From: Selaginella moellendorffii
Taxonomy: Eukaryota; Plantae; Lycopodiophyta
DNA length: 64,000 bases
Assembly (NCBI RefSeq): GCF_000143415.4
Contig: NW_003314284.1
Location: 912,693-976,692 of the forward strand
Direction: 5' to 3'
A program made the translations under genes and the position numbers. Within the stretch, counting starts at the first letter, position 1. The number at the start of each line of letters is the position of its first letter. The notes beneath the pieces were generated by a model that made no database searches, was not told the origin of the DNA, and was given only the letters and a program-made list of their open reading frames with translations. Shown piece after piece: positions 23,458 through 36,462 of this stretch.

Positions 23458-24526
23458 GGCATTACCAAAAACTCAAAGCTCCCATACCTTGTTCGACAGG
23501 TTGTCTTCTCGACATCTTCTTTTGCTACCCTGATCTGGTAATATCCTGACCTTAGGTCAATCCTTGAGAAGTATTTTGCCTTTCCCAACCTATCGAACAG
23601 GTCCTTAATCCTTGGCAAAGGGTACTTGTTCTTCTTTGTATACTTGTTGATCAACCGGTAGTCTATGCACATGCGCATATATCCATCTTTCTTTTTCACA
23701 AATAACACTGGCGCCCCATATGGCGACTTGCTCAACCTAATATACCCTTTGTCCACCAACTCTTCTAGTTGGCACTTGAGCTCCTCGAGTTCCTTTTCGT
23801 TCAAACGATAGGGGGGATGAACCACTGCCTCAACACCCTCGACCATCTCAATCTTATATTCTATCGGTTGTGCGGGGGGCAACCCCCCCAGTAGCTCCTT
23901 CGGCATGGTATCCTAGAATTGGTTCAACACCCGCTAGATCATTAAAGGTACTTCTTTCATTCCCGTCTTTTTGTCACTCTTCATCGAGAGTAAGCACAAA
24001 AATGCTACCTTGGTTCCTTTAGTGAGTTGTCCTCTCATGGACACCAAATTTAGGCAGGAGTCTTTGGCCTTGCATTGCCCTACCTTTAGATCCTGGGCCT
24101 CCACCCTAGATCTTCTTCCTTGGGCATTTGCTAATACCACAAGGTTCCTACCTTGTCCATGCAAGGCTACCACAAACCGATTGAACCAATCCATCCCAAA
24201 GATTACGTCAAATCCCGCCATATCTAACACGGTGAAATCCATGTCTACTTTCCATGTCCCTACTTCGACTCTTGCTTGTTGAAGTACCTCATCAATGCTT
24301 TGGCTACCTTGAACAAACTCTATAGTCCTTGGGTCGCCCAACCGCTGCACCGTTAGTCCGGCTTTTCGGACTATGTTTGCAGCCACAAAATTATTCGAAG
24401 CACCCGTGTCAATAAGGATCTTAACAAAGCTACCTTTGAGCTTCCTTCGGAGGGCTAGTAGATATCGCGAACGACTCTCTACCAAAGTTACTTGTGTAAT
24501 GAGTAACTTTGAGCTAGGGACTGGAT

Positions 24527-26261
24527 TGTAAGTGACTAAATTTTCCATTCTTTTTTAGTCACTTAACCACACCTTTGACCACTTGGAGGAGTCTCACTCA
24601 CAATCTCCATAAGTCCCATTTCAGACTTGGGCTTGCTAGCCCCGAGAATGGCATCCCCGCCACTCAACCTTTGCATGGTCCAAGTGCTCCACGTGTTCAA
24701 TCCCGTGACCGACACCCCAAGGTACCATCGACATATCAGCCTATTATGCTAAGGCCATGCCCCTTCACCTTGGTCACACTGGTGGTCTAACACCACCTGC
24801 ATCACAGTCCCGTCTTTCAAGGACAGGGCTATCCATCCATGAGTGATCATTCCAGATCCACTCCTTAGCATCCTCAGGATGCCCATAGACATAGGGAATA
24901 GCCTTCCCCACTATCCCCTTTTCGGTCCCCACCAAGTCCCTTTCTGCCCATGGCCGTGTTCACCAACACTGCCACTGGATCAAGGCCCATAGGCCCGACC
25001 ACTAAGTCCCACAGTCCTCTAGGACTTCCTCACCACACGACTGTATCCTTGGTCACTACACCAGAGGACTACTCCTCTTCCTTTCCACAGTCTGGGCCTT
25101 TGGGACAACATTTCGAAACACCATGGCCTTACGCAAGCCTCGTGGGTACTCTCCCCGCCTTCCGCCTTTGGCTCTAGCCATGGGCTTAGAGCGAGGTTCC
25201 GATGAGCCACGCCTAGTATCCAAGTAGGTAGTGCCACCCACACTTGGACTGGGAGCATCAGCCAGTCGATCTCCCAGGGGAACTAGAGTTGGCTCTTGAA
25301 CACTTCACTAAGCTACCCCGCTTGTCGATCCGTATTCACTCTAGTCTTTGACTTCCTAGTGGTCAGTTCATCACCTAACACTGGGTATGGCCTTCCTGGG
25401 CCAAACTGGCCTTTCCTGGGCCAAACTGGCCTTTCCTGGCCAAATTGCCTCCACTGGGCTTCAACCCCCACACTCTCCCTACTATACTTTTGCCCCCCCC
25501 CCCCCCCCCCTGGGGGATGATCGCTTTGGGCTTTCACCCAACTGCCTGTATTAGTATTCGGACTCGGACTCAGGCTCGAACTCGGACTCGAACTCGAACT
25601 TGGACTCGGACTCGGGCTCGGTCCCGGTTTCGGACTCGGACTCGGTCTCGGTCTCGATCTCGGTCTCGGCCTCGGTCTCGGTCTCGGTCTCGGTTGCATC
25701 TCGGACTCCATCTCAGGTCCATCTCGGACTCCATCTCGGGTCCAACTCGAACTCCATCTCGGGTCCATCTCGGACTCCATTTTGGGTCTATCTCAGACTC
25801 CATCTCGGACTCCATCTCGGGTCCATTTCGTACTCCATCTCGGACTCCATCTCTGGTCCATCTCAAACTCCATCTCGGACTCATCTCGGACTCCATCTCG
25901 GACTCCATCTCGGGTCCATCTCGGTTCCACCTCGGACTCCATCTCGGACTCCATTTCGGTCCATCTCGGACTCATTCTCGGGTCCTTCTCAGACTCTACT
26001 TTGGACTCCACTTCGGGTCCATCTCGGACACTTCCACGTGTCATGTGTTGGTCCTTTTTGGGTCCCTTTTTGGAGCCTTGCTTATTGCTCGCTTTGTGCT
26101 TATTCCTCGAGCCCTTCACTGGGAGTTCCACTCTCACTCTTGACCTTTTCAGGTCAGAGCTTTTAGTCCAAACGTGTTACGCTCGTTTGGCTTTCGCTTC
26201 AGCCACTACCCCATGGCCCCTTTTTGCTCCACTTTGGGGCCTAGGGATTTTGTGTCTCACA
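24527..26261 (-). mobile_element. Family A solo LTR inserted at the gag/protease junction of B3
   Basis: TGTAAGTGAC...TGTGTCTCACA. TSD TGGAT at 24522-24526 and 26262-26266. Confidence 0.92.
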
Positions 26262-28789
26262 TGGATCACATACCTCATTTTGGGTTTCACCCGACTTAAT
26301 GGCCATATTGGCTCTAGCCTTCTTCGGGTAGAGACATTCCCTTGAAAAGTGTCTCGCTTCACCACAGTTGTAGCATATGTTGTTTCCCACGCTACTAACC
26401 GACTTGACCTTTTTATCCGTGGGTTTGTCTCTTTTTGCCTAACTCCCCCACGTACTTGCTCGCTGACCACCGGATTTGCCTTTCCGGAACCACGAGGACT
26501 CATTCTTAGAGAAACTCTTTTTGAATTTTCCTTTGCTATACGTTCCCCTTGGTTTGGCCCCTTTGCTAAACGTGGACCTCGACCCCGTTGTGTTCCCCTT
26601 TTGTAGGTTATCGTTGAAATGCACCTTGATAGCTGCATCCAACACTTCCTTGTAATTGGTCGGGTTCCAACGCATCACCTCGCCGCGAGCCCAGGTTTGC
26701 AAGCCTGATATGAAGGCATGGAACGCATCCATATCACCCATATCTGTGACCAGTATCCTCCTTGCCATAAACCCATTCATATACTCTTAAATGGTTCTGG
26801 TTTGCTTTAGCCTACTCAGCTCATCCCTTAGGTGTAGAGTAGCATTCGGAGGAACGTACGTCGCGTGGATCCTTGCCTTCATCATTTCCCAAGTGGCCAC
26901 CGGTCCTTTGTTGGCCTCCGTCATTCTCCACCAAGACTTGGCATTATCTGCCAAGTATGGTTTTGTGCATAGGACCTTCTCTGAGCTCGGTAACCGCAAT
27001 GCTCAAAAGTAGTCCTCCATATCATAAAACCAATCCTCCACCACCTTATAGTCATTCACTCCCTTGAAGACCGGTGGGGGCTTTGGTTTGTACTTTGGAA
27101 CTACTTAAGGGATTGATTCCACTTCGGTCTGTTCGAGCTTGTTTGGTTTTGCCTCAGTCTCTACCGAAGGGTCCGCACCTTCTGCGCTGCCAGCATCCGT
27201 AGTCTTTCGCTTTTTCTTTCGCTTCTCGTCACGCTTTAGCTTGCATACGAGAGTCTCCAGCAGGGCATTGGTCTGTGCCAATTGTCCTTCTAGAACGTCC
27301 AATCGAGCCTTGGACGACCGAACCTCGCCACCGGACTCCTATTTGGAAATTTCCTCATTGAAGTCCTCCTCATGCAAGGATTCCTCATCCATAGCCTTTT
27401 GTTCGACTGGAGGCTCCAGCTCTAGAGGAGGTTCCATCTCTGCCTTGGTTTGTTTCCGCCCTGCCTTTGCCATCTCCCAGCAATCCGCGTCTATCCTTTG
27501 CTAGAACTAAGGAAAAGGCTCTGATACCAAATTGTAAGCCACAAATTTTTCCTTTCCAATTTGCCAACTTACCTCGTCTATCCGACCAACACTGCCTTGG
27601 CTTTTGCTAAGTTCCCTCACCAAGGTTCCCACCTATTGTACCAGTTCTTACTTAGTCCTACTTGGTTTCAGCTACTCACTACACGAGCAACGGAGTGTTA
27701 GCCACCCATCCACAGATTCCCAAATCCTTCCCAATCCCCCTTCCCGGGTTAGACTGGACTTAAGTTTTGGCTACACTCCTTGCAGGCAAAAGAAGCCAAG
27801 CACAGCAAGCCTCCACGTTCCTAACATCCCTTGGTACAACAAGACTTGATCATGGGACCCTCTAAATCCCAAGCCTTGGGTGCAACACTTGCTTCGGGAC
27901 ACCGGGGCGAAACACTGTGGCCTAACGGCCCGGCATGGGTACCTCTACCCCCCCACTTCTATCCTGAAGGGAAGGTCCAAGCCCTTAGGAAGGGCAAGGA
28001 CCAATAAGCCACAAGGTACTCAAGTGGGGCACCACTCCACATGAGCCAGGACCACTGCAGTCGGTTTCCCTTTCGGGAGTGGGAGCTGCTCTTGAGCACT
28101 TCCTTGGGTGGCCCCTCCAGCACCACCCGAGTCCATGCTCACTCCCACCCAAGGCCCCTCGGCCCCAGTCTCAACCTCAAGTCAGTTTGGAAGCACCACT
28201 GGAGAGTTCCTTCAAGACTGGTTCCTGGACCTCATTATCCCTACTATACTTTTGGAACCCTTTGCAGCTCCCCCCCCCCCCCCCCCCGGGAGACGCACGC
28301 TTTGGGCTTTCACCCCTTGACCTGTATTAGTACTCGGACTCAGTCTCGAACTCGATCTCGGACTCAATCTCGGACCCGACTTCGGACTCGGTCTCGGACT
28401 CGATCTCGGATTCGATCTCGGACCTGATCTTGGACTCGACTTCAGACTCGACCTCGGACTCGGTCTCGGACCCGATCTTGGATCTTGGACTCTGTCTCGA
28501 ACTCGGTCTCGAACTCGGTCTCCGAATCGGCCTCAAGCTCAATTCCAGACTCTATCTCGAACTCGGTCTCAAAGTCGGTCTTGGACTCGATCTTAGACTC
28601 GGTCCCATCCGATGAACTTTTTGTCATTTCGGTCATGCTTTCGAGGATCCTTTAGCCTACGACACCTCGGGGAGTTGGTTCCTTTCAATCAAATGGTTAT
28701 CAAATAGTGGATGATCAAGATTGCAGCACATCATTTTGTTCCAATTGGGGATGCTCATTTAATCAAGGTTTCTATTTGTCATTAGTCAC

Positions 28790-29962
28790 CAAAAGAGATT
28801 AAGATTTTACATACAAACGTCAAGAAAATTTGAAAAAGGGTGTTATTCAAAAGTTGTGGAGTCCTTGGGTATGTGAACCTCATCTTATAATGAAACTTGA
28901 TAGGAGTATTAATTTTTACATCAACTATCATCTATTAAACAAAGTGATTATTCTAGATATAAACCCTCTTTCTCACACTATTAATCTCCTAGATTGTCTA
29001 GGGATAAGTCATTGATTCATCAGGTTTAATCTTGCTTCTGAGTATTGGCAAGTGCTCATGGCCAAGGAGTATATTTCTAACACTGTTTTTTGTACATTAT
29101 TTAGTTTATATGAGTCTTTAGTGATGCCATTCGGTTTGAGCTACTCTCTTAACAAAATCATCTTGCTATCTCCCACATAATGGTGATCTTTCCAAAGGAT
29201 TTGCCACTAGATGTACCTCCTAGCCGTGAGGTTGATCATTGGATTGAGGTTATTCCGGGTTCTAAACCACTTACGAGAGCTCTGTATCATTTGAACATCA
29301 AGGAGATGGCTGAACTCAAGAAGCAACTCATAGAGTTTCTTGACAAAAGTCATATCTGACCAAGCAAGTCATTTTATGGAGCACTGGTCCTTTTTATTAT
29401 GAAAAAGGATGGAACCATAAGGATGTGTATTGACTATCAAGCATTTAACAAAATCACAGTAAAAAATAGTTATCCTTTACCTCACATTGATGACTTGTTT
29501 GACCAACTCTTAAAGGCTAAGTATTTTACACGACTTGATTTGCAGTTCAGGTATCATCAGATACGGGTGGTGGATCAGGATGTGGAGAAAACAGCTTTTA
29601 ATACTCGATATAGATCTTATGAATTCCTTATTATGCTATTTGGGTTATGCAATGCTCTAGCAACATTCAGCACAATGATGAATAGAATATTTGGAGATTA
29701 TTTGGATGCATTTGTTGTCCTATATATCAACAATGTTCTAGTCTTCAGTAAAACGTTGGAAGATCATTTGAAACACTTGGAGTTGGTGTTTCAGAAATTA
29801 TGTGAACACAAACTATATGTTAAGGAAAGTAAATGTGCTTTTGGACAATTGCATGAACTTTCTTGGATATATAATTGGTGGTGGCGTAATTGAGGTGGAT
29901 ACAAAGAAAGTGGAAGTGGTGAAGTCTTAGGAAGTCCTGACCACTGTATTAGATGTTCCTTC
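28790..29962 (+). pseudogene. Two consecutive decayed Ty3/Gypsy RT fragments (~28790-29140 and ~29180-29962)
   Basis: ORF 29399-29893 reads KKDGTIRMCIDY..NKITVKNSYPLPHIDDLFDQL..GLCNALATF..VVLYINNVLVFS. A more eroded paralogous RT start lies in ORF 28830-29015. Confidence 0.8.
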
Positions 29963-32900
29963 TGTAGTGCACATGGTTTTTACCCTTTATCCTATGGTAA
30001 TTTACCATAGGATAACCACAAAGCAAAACCTAAAGCCTCAATGTGCCATGTGTCACATGCCACATGTCTAAAGGATAGTGGTCTGGAACTTGAGTTTTAA
30101 AGCCTTGGGCCATTGAACGAAAGAACAGTGCCAAACTCCTAAGCATGGAGCCAAGGAGCAATGGAACTGGATCATGGAGCAACTCCCAAGCATACAACCC
30201 AAGGGGCAAAGGGACAGAAGCATGGAGCAACTTAGATCAGTCCTAGAGCAACTAGCATCCCAATGTCAGGACCAGCACGCAAAGCAGAGCCAAATGGAGT
30301 TTGGTGCTATTTCAACATACCGGTGGCCTAACGCAAGGATATGGGTACTCCCCCAGCTAACATGGAATGGAACTTGGGTTTAGACCCAAGCTAGATGCAG
30401 AACAAGGACAGGTATGCAAGTGGGAGCTAAACTATACCTCAGGTTGGTCAGCTATGCCCAACCTACCCATTATCCCTACTATACATTTGGAACCCCCCAC
30501 AGCCCCCCCCCCCCCTGAGGAACACATGCTTTGGGCTTTCACGCCAAGCCTCCCTTAATATCAGGAGTTAGTATCTGAGACAAGCTTGAAACTTACTAAA
30601 TATGGAATGTCTTTAGATTGTGAATTTGGACATGGGACAAACACCATTGTGTTCAGGACAATCTCTATACTCCATAGATATACCAAATGAGCAAATCTGG
30701 ACACTTTCCATAAATAGCATTTAGGACTAGAATGAGACTAACACAAAAGGGCATGATAGCAAGGGTGTTTGGCAGACACAATAAGCTATCATCCGGCGAT
30801 ATTGAGGGACTAGTCTCAATATGCGAGGGTTCTTGTCAAGTTAGTGCAAGACAGAGCAAAAGAGAACTAAGATGTAAGGAACTAACTCGCCGAGGTGTCG
30901 TAGGCTAAAGGAGCCCCGAAAGCTTGACCAAAATGATAAAGAGTTCATCGGATGAGACCAAGTCTAAGATCGAGTCCAAGACCGACTCTAAGACCAAGTT
31001 CGAGATAGAGTCTGGAATCGAATCCAAGACCGACTCGGAGACCGAGTTCGAGACCGAGTTCGAGACCGAGCTCGAGACGGAGTCCGAGATCCGAAATCGG
31101 GTCCGAGACCGAGTCCGAGATCGAGTCCGAGGTCGGGTCCGAGATCGGGTCCGAGATCGAGTCCGAGATCGAGTCCGAAACCGAATCCGAAGTCGGATCC
31201 GAAATCGAGTCCGAGATCGAGCCAGAGACTAAGTCCAAATACTAATACGGGTCAAGGGGTGAAAGCCCAAAGCGTGCGTCTCCCAGGGGGGGGGGGGGGG
31301 GGGGGCTGTAGGGGGTTCCAAAAGTATAGTAGGGATAGTGAGGTCCAGGAACCAATTTTGAAGGGACTCTCCAGTGGGGCTTCCAAACCGACTTGAGGTT
31401 GAGACTGGGGCCGAGGGGCCTTGGGTGGGAGTGAGTATGGACTTGGTTGGTGCCAGAGGGGCCATCCAAGGAAGTGCTCAAGAGCAGCTCCCACTCCCGA
31501 AAGGGAAACCGATTGCGGTGCTCCCGGCTCATGTGGAGTGGTGCCCCACTTGAGTACCATGCGGCTCATTGGTCCTCGCCCTTTCTAGGGGCTTGGGCCT
31601 TCCTTCGGGATGGAAGTGGGGGGGTAGAGGTACCCATACCGGGCCGCTAGGCCACGATGTTTCGCCCCGGTGTCCCGAAGCAAGTGTTGCACCCAAGACT
31701 TGGGATTTAGAGGGTCCCATGATCAAGTCTTGTGGTACCAAGGGATGTTAGGAACCTGGAAGCTTGGTGTGCTTGGCTGCTTGTGCTTGTGAGGAGTGTA
31801 GCCGAACCTTAAGTCCAGTCTAACCCAGGGAGGGGGATTAGGAGAGATTGGGAATCCGTGGATGGATGGCTAACGCTCCGTTGCTTGTGCAGTGAGTAGT
31901 TGAAACCAAGTAGGACCAAGTAGGAGTTGGTACCATAAGCGAGAACCTTGGCGAGAGAACTTAGCAAAAGCCAAGGCAGTGTCGAACGGATAGACGAGGT
32001 AAGCTAGCAAATTGGAAAGGAAAAATTTGTGGCTTACAATTTGGTATCAGAGCCTTTTCCTCAGTTCTAGCGAAGGATAGAGGCGGATTGCTGGGAGATG
32101 GCAAGGGCAGGGCGTAAGCGAACCCAGGCGGAAACGGAACTTCCGCCGGAGCTGGAGCCTCCGGTCGAACAAGAGGCTATGGATGAGGAATCCTTGCATG
32201 AGGAGGGCTCTAGTAAGGAAACTTCCAAACAGAAGTCCGGTGGCGAGGTTCAGTCGTCCAAGGCTCGATTGGACGTGCTAGAAGGACAGTTGGCACAGAC
32301 CAATGCCCTACTGGAGACTCTCATACGCAAGCTAAAGCGTGACGAGAAGCGGAAGAAAAAGAGAAAGACTGCGGATGCTGGCAGCGCAGAAGGTGCGGAC
32401 CCTTCGGCAGGGACTGAGGCAGAACCAAACAAGGTCAAACAGACCGAAGTAGAATTAGTCCCTCAAGTAGTTCCCAAGTACAAACCAAAGCCCCCACCGG
32501 TCTTCAAGGGAGTGAATGACTATAAGGTGGTGGAGGATTGGTTTTACGATATGGAGGACTACTTCCGAGCGATGTGATTACCGAGCTCGGAGAAGGTCCC
32601 ATGTGCAAAACCATACTTGGCAGATAATGCCAAGTCTTGGTGGAGAATAACGGAGGCCAACGAAGGACCGGTGGCCACTTGGGACATGATGAAGGCGAGG
32701 ATTCGCGCAACATACGTTCCTCCGAATGCCACTCTGCATCTGAGAGATGAGCTGAGTAGGCTGAAGCAGACTGGAACCATCCAAGAATATGTGAATGGGT
32801 TCATGGCAAAGAGGATACTGGTCACGGACATGGGGGATATGGATGCGTTCCATGCCTTCATATCAGGTTTGCAAACCTGGGCTCGCGGTGAAGTGATGCG

Positions 32901-35900
32901 GTGGAACCCGACCAACTACAAGGAAGCGTTGGATGCGGCCATCAAGGTGCATTTCAACGATAACCTGCGAAAGGGGAACACGACGGGGTCGGGATCCACG
33001 TTTAGCAAAGGGGCCAAACCAAGGGGAATGTATAGCAGGGGGAAATTCAAGAAGAGTTTCTCTAAGAATGAGTCCTCGGGGTTCCGGAAAGGCAGATCCG
33101 GTGGCCAACGAGCAAGTACGTGGGGGAGTCAAGCGAAAAAAGACAAACCCACGGATAAAAAGGTCAAGTCATATAGTAGCGTGGGAAACAACGTATGCTA
33201 CAACTGCGGTGAAGCGGGACACTTTTCAAGGGAATGTCCCTACCTGAAGAAGGCCAGAGCCAATATGGCCATCAAGTCGGGTGAAGTCCAAAATGAGGTA
33301 TGTGACCCAGTCCCTAACTCAAAGTTACTCATTACATGAGCAACTTTGGTAGAGAGTTGTTCGCAACATCTACTAGCCCTCCGAGGGAAGCTCGGAGGTA
33401 GCTTTGTTAAGATCCTTATTGACACGGGTGCTTCAGATAATTTTGTGGCTGCAAACATAGTCCGGCAAGCCGGACTAACGGTGCAGCGGCTAGGCGAACC
33501 AAGGACTATAGAGTTTGTTCAAGGTAGCCAAAGCACCGATGAGGTACTTCGACAAGCGAGAGTCGAAGTAGGGACATGGAAAGTAGACATGGATTTCACC
33601 GTGTTGGATATGGCGGGATTTGACGTGATCTTCGGAATGGATTAGTTTAATCGGTTCGTGGTAGCCCTGCATGGACAAGGTAGGAACCTTGTGGTACTGG
33701 CGAATGCCCAAGGAAGAAGATCTAGGGTGGAGGCCCAGGATCTAAAGGTAGGGCAAAGCAAGGCCAAAGATTCCTGCTTAAACCTGATGTCCACAAGAGG
33801 ACAACTCACCAAAGGAACTAAGGCAGCCTTTTTGTGCTTACTCTCGGTGAAGAGTGACAAAAAGACAGGAACGGAAGAAGTACCTTTGGTGATCCAGAGG
33901 GTGTTGGACCAATTCCAGGATACCATGCCGGAGGAGCTACCGGCGGGGTTGCCCCCTGCACGACCGATAGAACATAAGATTGAGCTGGTCGAGGGTGCTG
34001 AGGTAGTGGTTCGTTCCCCCTATCGTTTGAACGAAAAAGAACTCAAGGAGCTCAAGTGCCAACTAGGGGAGTTGGTGGACAAAGGGTATGTTAGGTTGAG
34101 CAAGTCGCCGTATGAAAGATGGTTCTATGCGCATGTGCATAGACTACCGGTTGCTCAACAAGTATACAAAGAAGAACAAGTACCCTTTGCCAGGAATTGA
34201 GGACCTATTCGATAGGTTGGGAAAGGCAAGATACTTCTCGAGGATTGACCTAAGGTCAGGATACTACCAGATCAGGGTAGCCGAGGAAGATGTCGAGAAG
34301 ACAACCTGTCGAACGAGGTATGGGAGCTTTGAGTTTTTGGTGATGCCCTTCGGGCTATGCAATGCGCCGGCAACGTTTTCGGCGCTGATGAACCACATCT
34401 TTGTACCCTATCTGGATCACTTTGTGGTCGTCTATATCGACGACATCCTGATCTATAGCGAGACGCTAGAGGAGCATGCCAAACACTTGGCGAAGGTGTT
34501 TGAGAAACTAAGGGAACACAAACTGTATGCTAAAGAGAGCAAATGTGACTTTGCTCAACAAGACGTAAAGTTTCTCGGGCATGTGGTGGGCCAAGACGGG
34601 CTCAAGGTGGACCCAGAGAAGGTCCAAGCGATCCAGGAATGGGAGCGACCATCGAATGTACATGAGTTGAGGGCGTTCCTGGGGCTATGCAACTACTACC
34701 GAAAGTTTATCAGACACTATTCGAGAGTAGCCCTGCCCTTAACGGACCAAACAGGAAAAGAGAAGATGGTATGGATGGCGGAATGTGAGGCGGCATTCGT
34801 CCACCTCAAAGGGAAGTTGAGGAAGGCTCCCGTGTTGGCATTACCAGATTTTGGTAAGGACTTTGAGGTAGACACGGATGCTTCGGAGATTGCGTTGGGT
34901 GCAGTTTTGAAGCAAGACAACCATCTAGTAGCGTTCTTCTCGAAGAAGTTGGACAAGGCTCAACGGAAGTGGCCTGCCCACGAGAAGGAATTGTTCGCGG
35001 TGGTCAAGGCACTCAAGGAGTGGCAACACTACCTTGGGAGACACTTCAAGGTTTACATGGACAATGTGGCAACGAAACACTTCTTGTCACAACCCGACCT
35101 GAGAGGGAAACAAGGTCGGTGGGCCAATGCCTTGGCCGAGTTTGATTGCGAGATTCTGTACAAGCCTGGGAAGAGCAACATCGTGGCAGATGCACTAAGT
35201 CGAAATGCGAGCTTGAGGTTGGCAATATCCAGCGCAACAGCAACCTTCTGGGACGATGTGCAGACAGCGTATGAGAATGATGGTCTAGCACAAGAAGTGT
35301 TGCTGAGGAATCTAGAGGCGCGGGAAGCTCACCAGAGAGGTGAGCTGCCAACGGAAGAGAAAACGGGCTATGCGGAACGCAACAGACTCATCTATTACAA
35401 GCAAACGAGGGTGTATATTCCAGAAGGGGAACTAAGGAAGGTAGCCTTAGAAGAGTGTCATGACGGACCTCTTGCGGGACACGGCGGAGTGCCCAAGACG
35501 ATGGGCTTACTCAAGAGGAAGTACCATTGGCCAGATATGGCTAAGGACGTCCAAGACTATGTAAGGACATGTCCAACATGTCAGCAGGTCAAAGCCGTGA
35601 CTAAGGCTAGTGGGGGCTTGTTGCAAAGCATCCCAATTCCAGATCGTCCGTGGAAATGTCTTACGATGGACTTCATCACGGGACTTCCCCCAAGCGAGGG
35701 GTTTGATGCGATATTCGTAATGGTGGACCGATTTTCGAAAATGGCACATTTCATACCCACCACAACGGAAGTGGATGCGGAAGGTGTGGCGAAGCTGTTC
35801 TTTGAACAAGTGGTTTGAGTGCGGGGAAGGCCGGAAGAGATCATCTCAGATTGAGATAAGATCTTCACCAGTAGGTTCTGGAGGACTCTCTTGGAACAGT

Positions 35901-35945
35901 ATCACACAAAGTTGAAATTCAGCACCGCCTATCACCCACAGACAG

Positions 35946-35992
35946 GTATGGGGTATTAAGTCAAGTTTGGTGACACTAACACTTCTTGACAG
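35946..35992 (+). other. Putative 47-nt spliceosomal intron 1 in the B1 integrase
   Basis: GTATGG...CACTAAC...TTGACAG. Removal restores AYHPQT-DGQTERVN. Also present in B2 (47310-47356). Confidence 0.75.
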
Positions 35993-36410
35993 ACGGACAA
36001 ACGGAAAGGGTGAATAGGTAGCTGGAGGATTATTTGCGATGCTATGTCTCGGGAGACTAGACCGATTGGGTAAGTCATTTGGGACTTGCGGAAATGTGTT
36101 ATAACAACTCACCACATTCGAGCATCGGGGTGAGTCCATGGGAAGTCATCAATGGGCAAGCTATCGAAGGTCCTGTGGAACTCGGCGTGGCCGAGTATCA
36201 TGGAGAGCTACCCGCAGTGGAGGCATTCACGGCGGAAAGACTCAACATTTGGAATCTAGTGAGGGATTCCTTGGAACGGGCTCAACAAAGGCAAACCAAG
36301 TATGCGAACCTAAAGCGCTTGGATGTAGAGTTCCAAGGTGGGGAGAAGGTGTGGCTGAACACCAAGAACCTCAGGCTACCAAGTGGGATCAGCCGAAAGT
36401 TGACCCAAAG

Positions 36411-36462
36411 GTAAAAATGCATGTATTCCTGTAAATGAATTGATCTTGAGTTCCTTAAGCAG
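36411..36462 (+). other. Putative 52-nt spliceosomal intron 2 in the B1 integrase
   Basis: GTAAAA...TTAAGCAG. Removal restores KLTQR-FAGPYEI (GPY/F motif). Also present in B2 (46840-46891). Confidence 0.75.

Larger units (their letters stand above)
21351..28687 (-). mobile_element. Chromovirus family B copy B3: 5' LTR, gag, protease and partial RT; 3'-truncated, with two nested A solo LTRs
   Basis: LTR 27533-28687. PBS TGGTATCAGAGC (minus, 27518-27529). gag ATG at 27473. Protease ILIDTGAS (ORF 23934-24548). RT (23463-23906 and 21351-21663, [12 protein letters not shown]). Many stops. Confidence 0.88.

Noticed and set aside
20318-26345. Long ORFs rich in SD/RT/LG repeats (e.g. 21450-22682, 25445-26143; also 30924-31238 and 40840-41694)
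   Set aside because: They are stop-free translations of LTR microsatellite arrays, open in several frames on both strands, and are not genes.
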